Shown here in pieces: positions 48,043 to 60,000 of a DNA stretch of 60,000 bases; the first letter of the stretch is position 1; each line of letters opens with the position of its first letter. The notes under the pieces were generated by a model that worked only from the letters and a program-made list of their open reading frames with translations, made no database searches and was not told the origin of the DNA. The DNA lies in contig NC_058369.1 in the NCBI RefSeq assembly GCF_018350175.1, forward strand, positions 18,788,001 to 18,848,000, read 5' to 3'. The stretch is from Felis catus. Taxonomy: Eukaryota. The position numbers and the translations under genes were made by a program.

Positions 48043-49890
48043 GGGGTGCCTGGGTAGCTCAGTTGGTGGGGCATCTGACTCTTGATTTCAGCTCAGGTCA
48101 TGATCTCACAGTTCGTGAGTTCCAGCCCCACACTGGGCTCTGTGCTGACAATGCAGAGCCTGCTTGGGATTCTCTTTCTCTCCCTTCTCTCTCTGTCCCT
48201 GCCCTATTTGTTCTCTCAAAATAAATAAGTAAAATAAAAATAAGGTATTAGAAATATAAAACTAACGACTTTAGGTTCTCCTTAGGAAGCCAGTAAAAGA
48301 CCAAAGTAAGCAGAAGAAAGCAAATAATAAAAATATATGCAGACTCAAAAGAATGGATGGGGGAGAGAGAATTAAGGAAACCAAAAGTAGATCTTTAAAA
48401 GAAAAAATCAGGGGCGCCTGGGTGGCTCAGTCAGTTGAGCGTCTGACTTCAGCTCAGGTCATGATCTCACAGCTCGTGAGTTTGAGGCCCCCATCAGGCT
48501 CTGCACTGATAGTTCAGAGCCTGGAGCCTGCTTCAGATTCTGTCTCTCCCTCTCTTTCTTCCCCTAACCCACTTGCATTCTGTCTCTGTCTCTCTCAAAA
48601 ATAAATAAACATCAAAAAAAAATTAAAAAGAAAAAATCAGTAATATTCATGGATCCTCTAGAGAAACTGATCAGTAAAAAAAGAATATGCTAATTACTAC
48701 TATCAGGGATGAAAAAAGGGGTATCACTACAGATGCTACAAGCATTAAAAAAAAAAAGGGTAATACTATGAGCAACTGTGTATCAATAAACTCAATAACT
48801 CAGACAAAATGGACAAGCTCCTTGAAAAATACAACTTACCAAAACTGACACAAGATAAAATATAAAATCTGAATGGTCTTGTGTCTATCAAAAAAACTGA
48901 ATTTATCAAAAATCCTCCACAAGGAAAATTCCAGACACAGAGTTTCACTAATGAATTCTATCAAACATTCAAGGAAGAAATAGCATCAATCTTGCACAAA
49001 TTCTTTCAGAAAACAGGGAGCAAAAAAAAAAACCAAAAAACAAAAACAAAAAAACAAAAAAAAAAACCCAAACAAACAAAAAACCCCACATCTTCCAACT
49101 TATTTTATGAGGTTATCCCTGATAACAAAACCTAAAACAGAACCTTACCAAAAATATAACATACATACATACATAAAAAAAGAAAAAAGATTATAAACCA
49201 AAATCTGTCATGAACAAAAACAAAAATCCTTTAAAATTTTTTTAGCAAAATGGGCACCTAAGTGGTTTGGTTAAGCATCTGACTCTTGATTTCAGCTCAG
49301 GTCATGATCTCACAATTTGTGAGATCTGGCCTCAAGTTGGGCTCTGCACTGACAGCACAGACCCTACTTGGGATTCTCTCTCTCCCTCTCTCTCTGCCCC
49401 TCCCCTGCTCTCTCACTCTGTCCCTCAAAATAAATAAACTTTAAAAAAAAATTTTAGGGGCACCTGGGTGGCTCCATCAGTTAAGCATTCAACTTCAGCT
49501 CAGGTCATGATCTCACAATTCGTGAGTTCGAGCCCCGCGTCAGGCTCTGTACTGATAACTTGGAGCCTGGATCCTGCTTTCAATTCTGTCTCTCTCTCTC
49601 TGTCCTTCCCCCACTTTTGCTCTCTCTCTCAAAAAAAATAAACAAAGGTGAATTCTTTAAAAGAAAAAAAAAGAAGTTAGTTGTTTTGTAGATTCCTAAG
49701 TATTTTCTATGTAAACAATCATGTTATCTGTGGATTGAGAAAATCTTATTTGTTGGTGCCCCAACAACTTCCAAAACTAATATGTAAATTTAGCAAAGTC
49801 ACAGGATACAAAAAGCCAATATACAAAATTCAATCATATTTTTATATGCTAGCAGTAACAAAAAACAAAAATTAAAAAATAATTTACTGG
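48043..49890 (+). mobile_element. Old L1 ORF2 remnant (outer element, left part) with CAN-SINEs at about 48043-48245, 48410-48625, 49251-49450 and 49456-49645
   Basis: L1 ORF2 peptide remnant SFTNEFYQTFKEEIASILHKFFQK; SINE bodies. Confidence 0.78.
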
Positions 49891-52800
49891 GAGTAAATTA
49901 ATGGAAAATGACACAGTAGGAAGCTCTAAGAATCCATCATCCTTCCACCAAAACAGCTACTGAATTTGGAAAAACTGAAGTAACTTTTGGAACTCTGGAG
50001 TGTAGATGGAAAACATAAAGCTTCCAAGGTATAGATTGATGAAGAGGCTAGTGAATTTTGGTAAATTTCAGCCTTTTGGGTAGCAACTACCCAACCTCCA
50101 GCCCTCATTCCTGGGTGCAGCTTGCTGGAGGCTCAGATGGGCAATAAAGATAATTTGATTGATGACAACTGCTTTTGATCACTGAGGAGCTGAAGGAGGC
50201 AGTGACCACTGCTTCAACACTCATAGGCTGAAGCGGCTTCCAGGGGCATTTAAGAAGGCAGTACTCGTTTTTACTGTTTTCCCCTTTAGGGAGCTAGTCA
50301 TTTAAGGAAATCTTTACCAGGTCACTAACTGCAGAGGTAACAGAACTAGATACACATTTCCAATATTAGTTTGAAAAAGCCACAAATGGAAGTCTCTAGC
50401 ACTCAATGAGCAAAAACTAGCAATTCCTGGGAAGTGGGAGAATCAAGATTTGCAAAATTACCAAATACTCAAATGTCCAGTTTTAACAAAAAATTAGGCA
50501 ACAAAGAAACAAAAAATTAATGACTATTCACAGGAAAAGGAAAATGATGGAAAAAAAATCCTGAGGAAGCAAAGACACTAGAATTATTATTAATCAAAGA
50601 CGTTAATGGAGCACATGGGTGGCTCAGTCAATTAAGTATCTGACTCTTGATTTCAGCTCAGGTCATGATCTCACAGTTTATGAGTTCAAGCCCCATATCC
50701 AGCTCTACACAGACTCTGTGAAGCCTGCTTGGGATTCTCTCTCCCCCCTCTCTCTCTGCCCCTCCCCTGCTTGCACATTCACACTCTCTCTCTCTCTCAA
50801 AATAAATAAACTTAAAAAAAAATAAAAAAAGATGTTAGGGGCAGTTGGGTGGCTCAGTCAGTTAAGTGTCTGACTCTTGGTTTCAGCTCATGTCATGATC
50901 TCACGGTTCATGGGTTTGAGCCCCATGTCCAGTTCTGTGCTGACAGCTTACTTGGGATTTCTCTCTCTCTCTCCCCTCCCCAGCTGCCCCTCCCCAGCAT
51001 GCTCTCTCTTCTCTCTCAAAATAAATAAATAAAACAAAACAAAAAGATGTTAAATTAACAGTCTTAAATACATTCAACAGACTAAAGGAAATGATGGTCA
51101 AAGGAATTCAGAAAAATGTGTGAACAAAATATAGTATCAATAAAGAGACAGCAATTATAAAAAGGAGAAAACAAATTCTACAATATCTGAAAACAGAAAA
51201 GTAAAATAATTGATATGAAAAACTCATTAGAGGGATTCAACAGCAGATCTGAGCATATGTAAGAAGTATCAGTGAACCTGAAGGTAAGATACTTGAAATT
51301 ATTCAGAGAGGCAAAAAAAGAGTAAAAGTAAAGAGTCTGAGGGACCTGTGGGACACCACCAAATCTAACAATATATGGTTATAGAAAGAGAAGAGAGGAA
51401 AAGAGGAAAAGAAGGGCAGAAAAAAATAATCTGAAAATAGTGCCCAAAAACTTTCCAAACTCGAGTAAAGACATGAATATACATGTGCAAGAAGCCTAAT
51501 GAACCAACCCCTCTTTGAGGATTAACCAAGACACATTATAAAACAAAAACATACTATTAAACTGTTAAACCCCAAAGAGGAGAATATTTGCAGCAAGAGA
51601 GAAGCAGCTCATAGTGTACAAGAGATCTTCAATAAGATTAACAGCTGATTTCTCTCCAGAATCCTCTAAAAGGCAGTGGGATGATATATTTAAAGCCCTG
51701 AAAGAAAAAAACTGTCAATCAAGAATTCTAGATCCTGCAAAACTATCCTTCAAGAATGAAAGAGAGGGGCACCTAGGTGGCTCAGTCAGTTAAGCATCCA
51801 ACTTTGGCTCAGGTCATGATCTTGTGGTCTGTGAGTTTGAGTCCTGCATTGGGTTTATATGCTAACAGCTCAAAGCCTGGAGCCTACTTTGGATTCTGTG
51901 TCTCCCTTTCTCTCTGCCCCTCTTCCTCCTTTGAGAGACCGATGCTATGTCTCTCAAAAATAAATAAACATTAAAATTTTTTTTTAATTTAGAAAAAAGA
52001 ATGAAAGAGAAATTAAGATATTTCCAAATAACATAAACTAAAGGAGCTCATTACCAATAGACCTGTCCTATAAGAAACGCTAAAGGGAATCTTTCAGGCT
52101 AAAATGAAAGGATAACTTAAAGCCATAAGAAAAATATACAACACTGGTTAACATGACTATATAGATAAATATAAAATCTAGTATTATTGTACATTTGGTA
52201 TTGTTTATAACTTTTTTTCTACATGATTTAACAGACAAATGCATAAAATTTTAAAATCTTTGTTAAAGGCATACAATATAAAAGGATGTAATCTAATGAC
52301 AATAAAAACACAAATACATATATGTATGTGATATACATATATACATATAAAAATTAAACATTAAAATTTTTTTTTCTAAATTTTTTTTTAACATTTATTT
52401 ATTTTTGAGACAGAGAGAGACAGAGCATGAATGGGGAGGGGCAGAGAGAGAGGGAGACACAGAATCGGAAGCAGGCTCCAGGCTCCGAGCCATCAGCCCA
52501 GAGTCCGACGTGGGGCTCGAACTCACGGACCGCGAGATCATGCCATGAGCTGAAGTCGGACGCTCAACCGAGCCACCCAGGCGCCCCTAAAAATTTTTTC
52601 TAAAAAAGTATAATGTCCTTTGGGTCTTGTAATCCTTAATGATTTAAGGTCTATTTTATCTGGTATTAGGATAGTCATCCCAGCTCTCCTTTGGTTACTA
52701 TTACATGGAAATATCTTTTTTCATCCTTTACTTTCAATCTTTTTGTGTCTTTATATCTAATTTGACTCTCCTATAGACTGCATATAGATGGATTGGGTTT

Positions 52801-55800
52801 TTAAACATTTTTTTTAATGTTTTTATTTATTTTTGAGAGAGAGAGAGACAGAACGTGAGCAGGAGAGGGGCAGAGAGAGAGAGGAAGACACAGAATCCGA
52901 AGCAGGCTCCAGGCTCTGAGCTGTTAGCACAAAGCCTGACACAGGGCTTGAACTCGTAAACCATGAGATCATGACCTAAGCCGAAGTCAGACACTTAACC
53001 AACTGAGCCACCCAGGCACCCCATATTATGAAAGGTTAAACCCAGGCACCCCATGATGAAAGGTTAAACACAACAAGAAGAAATAACAATTATATGTTCA
53101 CATAACAGAGCCACAAAATGTGTGAAGTTGACAGAAGTGGGAAAAAGACCACTGTACAATAGTTGGAGACTTCAATATCCCACATTCAGAAATGAATAGA
53201 ACACCCAGACATAACATCAATAAGGAAACAGAATTTGAACAACACTAAAACCCAACTAGACCTAACAGATATATAGTCAACCCAACAAAAGCAAAATACA
53301 TACTTTTTTCAAATACACATGAAACATTCTCTAGGATAGATTATAAATTAGGCAGAAAACAAGTCTGAATAAAATTTAAAAGACTGAAATTATACAAAAT
53401 ATCTTCTTTAATCATAACAAAATGAAACTAGACGTCAATAAGAAGAAAATTGGAAAATTCACAAATCTGTGGAAATTACACAACATATCCTTAAACAACC
53501 AATAGGTTGAAGAAACTACAAGGGAAGTTTCTGCCAGAGCAATTAGAAAAGAAAAAAAAATAAAAGGCATCCAAATTAGTAAGAAGGTAACCATCTGCAG
53601 AAGACATGATCTTATATGCAGAAAACCCTAAAATTACCCAAACACACACAAAACCACTGTTAGAACTAATAAACATATTGAGCAAATTCGTAGGATACAA
53701 AATCACCACACAGAAATTGGTTGATTTCTTTTTTTTTTTTTTAAAGATTTACTCATTTTTCAGAGACAGAGTATGAGTGGGGGAGGGGCAGAGAGGGAAG
53801 GAGACACAGAATCTGAAGCAGGCTCCAGGCTCTGAGCTGTCAGCACAGAGCCCAACACGGGGCTTGAACTCACAGAGTGCAAGATCATGACCTGAACTGA
53901 AGTCAGATGCCCAACCAACTGAGCCACCCAGGTGCTCCGAAATTGGCTGCATGTCTATACTTTAGCAGCTAACAATCTGAAAGGAATATTAAGAAAACAA
54001 TCCATTTACAATAGTATCAAAAAGAAATAAATGTAAAAAAAATTTTTTAATAAAAAAAACCCAATAGTATCAAAAAGAATAAATACTGAAGAGTGAATAT
54101 AACTAAGAAATTGAAAGATTTATATTCTGAAAACTACAAAACACTTCTGAAAGAAACATCTAAATAAATGGGAAAACATCCCACGTTGACAAATTGGAAG
54201 ACTTAATATTGTTAAGATGACAAATACTACCCAAAGAGATGTGCAGCCTAAATGTAATCCCTAACAAAATACCAATGACAATTATTGCAGGGGAAAAAAA
54301 AAAAAAAACTATCCAGAAATTCATAGAGAATCTCAAGGGACCCTGTATAGCCAAAATTCCTGAAGAACAAAATTGGAGGAATCACATTTCCTGATTTCAA
54401 AACTTACTGCAAAACCACTATAATCAAAACAGTGTGGTACTAGCATAAACACAGTCATACAGACTAATAGAACACAACAGGAAGCCCAGACATAAACCCT
54501 TGCACATATTGGTCAAATGATTTTCTTTTTTTTTTATATTTATTTAGAGAGAGAGATAGACAACATGCATGAGCAAGGGAGAGGCAGAGAGAGAAAGGGA
54601 AAGAGAGAATCCCAACCACACTGTGTCTATCAGCATGAAGCCCGACTCAAGGCTTGAATTCACAAACTGCAAGATCATGACCTGAGCTGAAATCAGGAGT
54701 CGGACATTTAACCCACTGAACCACTCAGGCACCCCGTCTTTTCTAAGTTCATTTATTTATGAGAGAAAGTGTGAGTCAGGGAGGGGCAGAAAGAGAGGGA
54801 AGGAGAGAATCACAAGCAGACTCCACACTGTCAGAGCAGAGCCTGACGTGGGGGTGCTCAAACCCACAAACCAGGAGATCATGACCTGAGCCGATGTCAG
54901 ATATTTAACTGCTTGAGCCACCCAGGTACCCCAAATTAATTATATTTTTATGGGTTTTTTTATACTTATTTATTTTGGAGAAAGAGAGAGCAAGGAGGCA
55001 GCTCTCCACTGTCAGTGCAAAGCCCAATGCAGGGCTCAAACCCAGGAACCGTCAGATCATGACCTGAGCCAAAGTTGCACACTCAACCAACTGAGCCACC
55101 CAGGTACCCCACAGTCAAATGATTTTCAACAAGGGTGCCAAGACTATCAATGGGCAAAGGAGACTTTGTCTTTTCAACAAGTGGTACTGGGAAAACTGAA
55201 CGGCCATATGCAAGAGTGAAATTGGAGCATTCCTTCACATCATATACAAAAATTAACTCAAAATGGATCAAAGACCTAAACTTACAAGCTAAAATTATAA
55301 AACTCTTAGAAGAAAACATGAGGGGGGTATTTCATGACCTTAGATATGACAATGATTTCTTAGCTATAACAACAAAAGCACAGGCAAGAAAAGAAAAAGT
55401 AAACTGGGTATCATCAAAATTAAATACTTTTGTACATCAAAGGACACTGTCAAGAGAATGAAAAGACAACTCACAGAATGGGAGAACATATCTACAAATC
55501 ATACCATCTGATAAGGGATTAATATCCAATATAGAGAACTCCCACAACTTAAAGACAAAAAAATAAACAATCCAATTCAAAAGTGGTCAAAGGACTTGCT
55601 TGGTTAGACATTTCTCCAGGGAAGATATGCAAATACCTATATGTACACGAAAAGATGCTCGACATCCTTAGTTATTAGAAAAATCCACATGAAAGCCACA
55701 ATGAGATACTACCTCACACCCATTGGAATGGCTATTATTAAAAAAAAAAAAGTTAGCAAAGATGTGGAGAAACTGGTCTTACGCACTGCTGGTAGGCATG

Positions 55801-56445
55801 TAAAATGTTTCAGTCACTGTGGAAGACAGGATGGTAGTTCCCCAAAAAATTAAACACAGAATTTCCATGTGGTGCAGCAGTTCCACTCCTAGGTATTCCA
55901 CTCCTACCCAAAAGAACTGAAAGCAGGGACTCAAACCAATTATTTATACACTAATGTTCATAGCAGCATTATTCACAATAACCAAAAAGTAGATACAACT
56001 TGTGTCCATTAACAGATGAATGGACAGATAAAATGTGTTATATACATACAATGGAATATTATTTAGTTATAAAAAGAAATGAAATTCTGATACATGCTAT
56101 AACATAGATGAACCTTGAAAACATTAAATGAAATAAGCCAGGCATCAAAGAACAAAAATTATATGATTCCATTTATATCAAATATCTAAAACAGACAAAC
56201 TCATAGAGGTAGAAAGTATATTAGAGATAGAAAGTATATTAGAGGTTACAATGGACTGAGGGGAGGGGAAAATAGGACACTGTACAATAGATACAGAGCT
56301 TGTATTTGAGATGATGGAAAAAGTTCTTGAATAGTGATATGGTAACACAACACTGTGAATGTACTTAATACTACTGTATTGCACACTTAAAAATAGTTAA
56401 AATAGTAAAATTTTGTTTTCTACATTTTACTATAACTTTTTAAAA
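49890..56445 (+). mobile_element. Near-full-length degenerate L1M element (5' region, ORF1, partly deleted ORF2, L1MB-like 3' UTR) carrying about nine CAN-SINEs
   Basis: ORF1 remnants (gagtctgagggacctgtgggacacc; aactgtcaatcaagaattctagatcctgcaaaactatccttcaagaatgaa), ORF2 remnants ([48 protein letters not shown]) and a 3' UTR ending near 56445. Confidence 0.78.
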
Positions 56446-56460
56446 GACAATTCATTTATC

Positions 56461-56547
56461 AGGCACCTGGCTGGCTCAGTCAGTGAAGTATGCAACTCTT
56501 GATCTCAGGGTTGTGGGTTCAAGCCCCATGTTGGGTGCAGAGATTAC

Positions 56548-56579
<32 letters not shown>

Positions 56580-56584
56580 AATGA

Positions 56585-56628
<44 letters not shown>

Positions 56629-56870
56629 GGGTGCCTAGGTGGCTCAGTAGGTTAAGTGTCCAACTTTGGCTCAGGCCACGATCTTGCAGTTCATGAGTTT
56701 GAGCCCACGTCAGGCTCTGTGCTGACAGCTCAGAGCCTGGAACCTGGAGCCTACAGCCTGCTTCTGATTCGGTGTCTCCCTCTCTCTCTGCCCTTCCCCT
56801 GCTCACGCTTTGTCTGTCTCTCTCTCAAAAAAGTAAATAAACATTAAAAAAATTAAATTAGTAAGTAAAA
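56461..56870 (+). mobile_element. Two tandem CAN-SINEs (short, about 56461-56580; long, about 56628-56870)
   Basis: SINE heads and tails. Confidence 0.85.
56549..56628. repeat. Compound (TAAA)n-(TAGA)n tetranucleotide microsatellite
   Basis: Direct reading. Confidence 0.95.
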
Positions 56871-56879
56871 TCTAAAAAA

Positions 56880-58580
56880 AAGACATTTCACTTACAATAG
56901 CATTAAAATAACATCAAACATCTTGGGATAAATTTATAAGATACGTGAAATCTCTGCAGTGAAAACAACCAAACAATCCAGAAAAATTAAAGAAGACATC
57001 AATAAATGGAGTTTTACACCAGGTGTATGGATTAGAAGACTTGATATGGTTAGGATGTCAATCCTCCTCAAATGAACCAATAAATTCAATGGAATCCCAA
57101 CCACAATATCGGCAGGCTTTTTTTAGAGAAATTGGAAAACTAATTCTAAAATGTGTATGGAAATATAAAGAACCCTAAATACCCAAATCAATCTTATAAA
57201 GAAGAATAAAGTTGGGTGACTTATATACTACTGACTTCAAGACTTATCAGTGGGTATTAGCATATAAACAAATAGATCAATTGACAGAACAGAGATCCCA
57301 GAAATAGGTCCATACCTATAGTCAATTCATTTTTTACATAAGTGCTAAAGCAAATAAATAGAAAGTGAAAGTTGTGATAGTTTTAAACTGTCAAATTTTT
57401 TGATAGTTCTTCCTCCAAAAGGTAGAGCCTTCTTCTGTCCACCCCTTAAGTATGGGCTGGACTTAGTGACTCAATTCTAAGGAACAGAATATGGCAGAAG
57501 TAACAGTCTGTGACTAGGTCATAAGAAGCTTCTTCTTTACTCTGTCTTGGATCATTCATTCTGGAGGAGGATCATAGAATGCCATGAGGATACTCAGAGA
57601 GCCCACATGTCAGAGAACTGTGGCCTCCTGCCAAAAGCCAAGTTAAGTCATCTTAGAAACAGATCCTCCAGTTCCAGGCAAACCTTCAGATGACTGCAGT
57701 CCCACAAGACATCTTAACCTGCAACTTCATGAGAGACTGTGAGCCAGAGCCACCTGGCTAAGCCACTCCAAATTTTTCATCCTCATAAACTGAGGCAATA
57801 AATGTTTGCTATTTTAAATTGCTTAAGTTTTGGGGCACCTGGTGGCTCAGTTAAGTGTCCAACTTGGGCTCAGGTCATGATCTCATGAGTTAATGAGGTC
57901 AAGCCCCACATCAGGCTCTCTGCTGTCAGCACGGAGTCCGCTTCAGATCCTCTCTCTCTCTCTCTGCGCCCTCCCAAAAATAAAATAAAATATTTAAACT
58001 ACTAAGTTTTGGAGTCAAGAGATAACAGATACACATCTTTTTAGCAAATGGTGCTGGTATTAGAACAAGAAGACATCCATATAGGAAGAAAAATGAACCC
58101 CAACCATGGGATCATGACCTGAGCCGAAGTCGGACACTTAACTGACCGAGCCACCCAGACAACCCAAAAGTTTCTTTTAAAACTAGACACACATCTACCT
58201 GTAACCCAGCAATTCTATTCCCCTCTATTCCCCAAGAGAAATGAATATATGTGTATATCCCCCAAAAACACTTGTACGAAAATGTTCATAGAAGCTTTAC
58301 TCGTAAGTCAAACAATGGAAACTGCCCAGATGTCCATCAACAGAACAGACAAACCGGAATGTTTGCACAATGCAATAAAAAGGAATGAACTACTGATACA
58401 AACAGCAGGGAATTCTCAAAACATTATACTGTGTGAAAGAAGCCCTACATGAGAGTATTATTCCATTTAGTATTATTTATTACACAAGTATTATTCCATA
58501 TAGTATTATTCCATTTATATGAAATTTTAAAACTGGATGACTAACCTATGATGAAAAAATTCAGAACAGAAGTTGTCTCT
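56880..58580 (+). mobile_element. Old L1 ORF2/3' UTR remnant (outer element, right part), interrupted by an MLT1 LTR
   Basis: L1 motifs (aaattaaagaagacatcaataaatgga, aaattcaatggaatccca, aacccagcaattctattcc, aaggaatgaactactgataca). Confidence 0.7.
57373..58033 (+). mobile_element. MLT1F-like (ERVL-MaLR) solo LTR containing a CAN-SINE (about 57831-57995)
   Basis: TG...CA termini; gggctggacttagtgact, ccttcagatgactgcag, aataaatgtttgctattttaa; taagttttgg duplicated around the SINE. Confidence 0.78.
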
Positions 58581-58736
58581 GGCTAGAACAGAACAGCACT
58601 TACGCACTTAATTCCTACATTAACACAAATTTAAAAACAGATGGTAGCAACAACAGTATTCTGTCAAGAAAATACTTATTAAATTATTAACAACCTGTTC
58701 ATATAACTCTGACAAATAGCAGCTTACCAGTTATCA

Positions 58737-59384
58737 GTGTATTATCTCTTGGCTCCAAACCCAACCATCACCACCCGCTCTGCAAAAACGGAGCTGGACT
58801 CATTAAATATTTTTCCTTTGCCAGATGTTAAGTTTTGTCAGTGAAAGACACTAGGGAAAGTCTGCAAAAAAATATGCTCCTCTCACCAGGCCTCTGCCAC
58901 CCAGTCAGCTCCTTTCAGTGCCCAGCCACTGGTGGCTGCCTGACTCCCAGAATGTATCACGGTCAGCAGCACACAGTGGCCAGCAGCTTCCTCTGACACC
59001 TCACTGAAGTAGAGAGAGTGCTTCCAGCAAAACGCCTCTCCATTAAGTGGCTTTCTCCAACATCTTAGAGGGTAGACTTCTAGCATGATCTGCCAAGGTG
59101 GCACCACAATGACTTTCTCTGCCATCCAGTTAGGTATGACCACCCCCATCTCCATGATACGAATCTCAGCCCTCAGAAGGGATCTTCCTTGAGTGCTCTG
59201 TATCAATGCTAGGGGTAATGGCTGCTCCTACATATGCTATTTCTATATGACTTAGAGTTCACTCTACTTTTTACTAGCCAAATTCTCATTACTCCAATCC
59301 TCAATTACAGTTAACAATTCTTTATATTAAACTTTACCTGTTCAAATTCCTGTGTGGTTTTTGTCTCCCAAAGGGTCACTGACA
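58737..59384 (+). mobile_element. LTR33-like (ERVL) solo LTR
   Basis: 5' tctcttggctccaaacc...tttcctttgccag and 3' taacaattctttatattaaa...gtggtttttgtctcc...ctgaca resemble LTR33-family termini. Confidence 0.6.
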
Positions 59385-59753
59385 GTTGTTTGAAGGAGTT
59401 GAAAAGGTTAAGTAGTATAGACCAAAAGTGAGAAATTTTATTACCTAAATAAAACCCACACAGCTCTGCTTTATTCACAATTTACCAATCAAAAGTAATA
59501 CAACACTGTAAACAGCCAAGTTAACATGCTTAAGGGTCCAAGCAGCCCTGCCTGGTACACTCTGCTTTGGGGAGTTACTCAAGCTTAATATTCAGCTCCC
59601 TGAGGCCAAAGTTAGGCACTTTCTTTAGAGAGACTCATAAAATAGCTAACACAATCACATATTTTATAATACATTTTCCCAAACACAGAAGAAACTTCTA
59701 AGCATTCATTCTGTTTTATGCTAAAGAAATCATTTTAATCTTCATGCAGAATA

Positions 59754-59754
<1 letters not shown>

Positions 59755-59805
<51 letters not shown>

Positions 59806-59806
59806 A
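59755..59806. repeat. (TAAA)n microsatellite
   Basis: Direct reading. Confidence 0.95.
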
Positions 59807-60000
59807 ACAGCCTATGCACATCTTGTGCTTGCCTAAAGTATCTAGTGTGCTACTTGGCCCTGACCCACACATCTTCCAGTTGAGCAGAATCTTTATAAAT
59901 AAGTTTCAAAATACTCTCCACTAAATCAGGTTTGTGACCAAATAGCAACTATAAAGTCTCCAAATCAATCCAGGACCATTAAAGTAAAATCTGCAAAAAA

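Noticed and set aside
49890..56445. Potentially active L1
   Set aside because: ORF1 and ORF2 are fragmented by stops, frameshifts, deletions and SINEs
16068..57995. tRNA-like sequences and many similar short ORFs (e.g. [15 protein letters not shown]...)
   Set aside because: These are CAN-SINE heads and their translations, not tRNA genes or a protein family; dispersed with TSDs, so not a CRISPR-like array
58454..58516. Short tandem agtattattccat repeats
   Set aside because: Local slippage duplication within an old L1 3' UTR; no spacer architecture or functional evidence

Overview
This is mammalian genomic DNA, almost certainly from a felid, as it carries dozens of tRNA-derived CAN-SINEs including young SINEC_Fc-type copies. 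It is the conserved RNF123-AMIGO3-GMPPB-IP6K1 locus (human 3p21.31 syntenic block). Bases 1-15,000 are GC-rich, gene-dense and essentially transposon-free. They hold the last 12 coding exons of RNF123 (+), AMIGO3 (-, 507 aa, intronless CDS) nested antisense in an RNF123 intron, the complete 9-exon GMPPB CDS (-, 360 aa) converging on RNF123, a CpG-island promoter, and the 3' UTR and last two exons of IP6K1 (-). Bases 15,000-60,000 are AT-rich, repeat-dense IP6K1 introns with the remaining coding exons (complete 441-aa CDS; exon 1 lies beyond the window). I see no wholly new gene system. The best second-look items are: a processed AIMP2 retrocopy in IP6K1 intron 2; an inverted pair of old L1 3' ends around it that share apparently private mutations; an overlapping uORF across the IP6K1 start codon; a U12-type intron in IP6K1; an 82-nt GMPPB last intron whose retention shifts the frame; tightly packed or overlapping 3' ends and promoters; and a nested L1-in-L1 stack with micro-inversions. 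Exon boundaries were read by hand and are frame-consistent. Repeat coordinates and subfamily names are approximate and come from recognition, not a database search.
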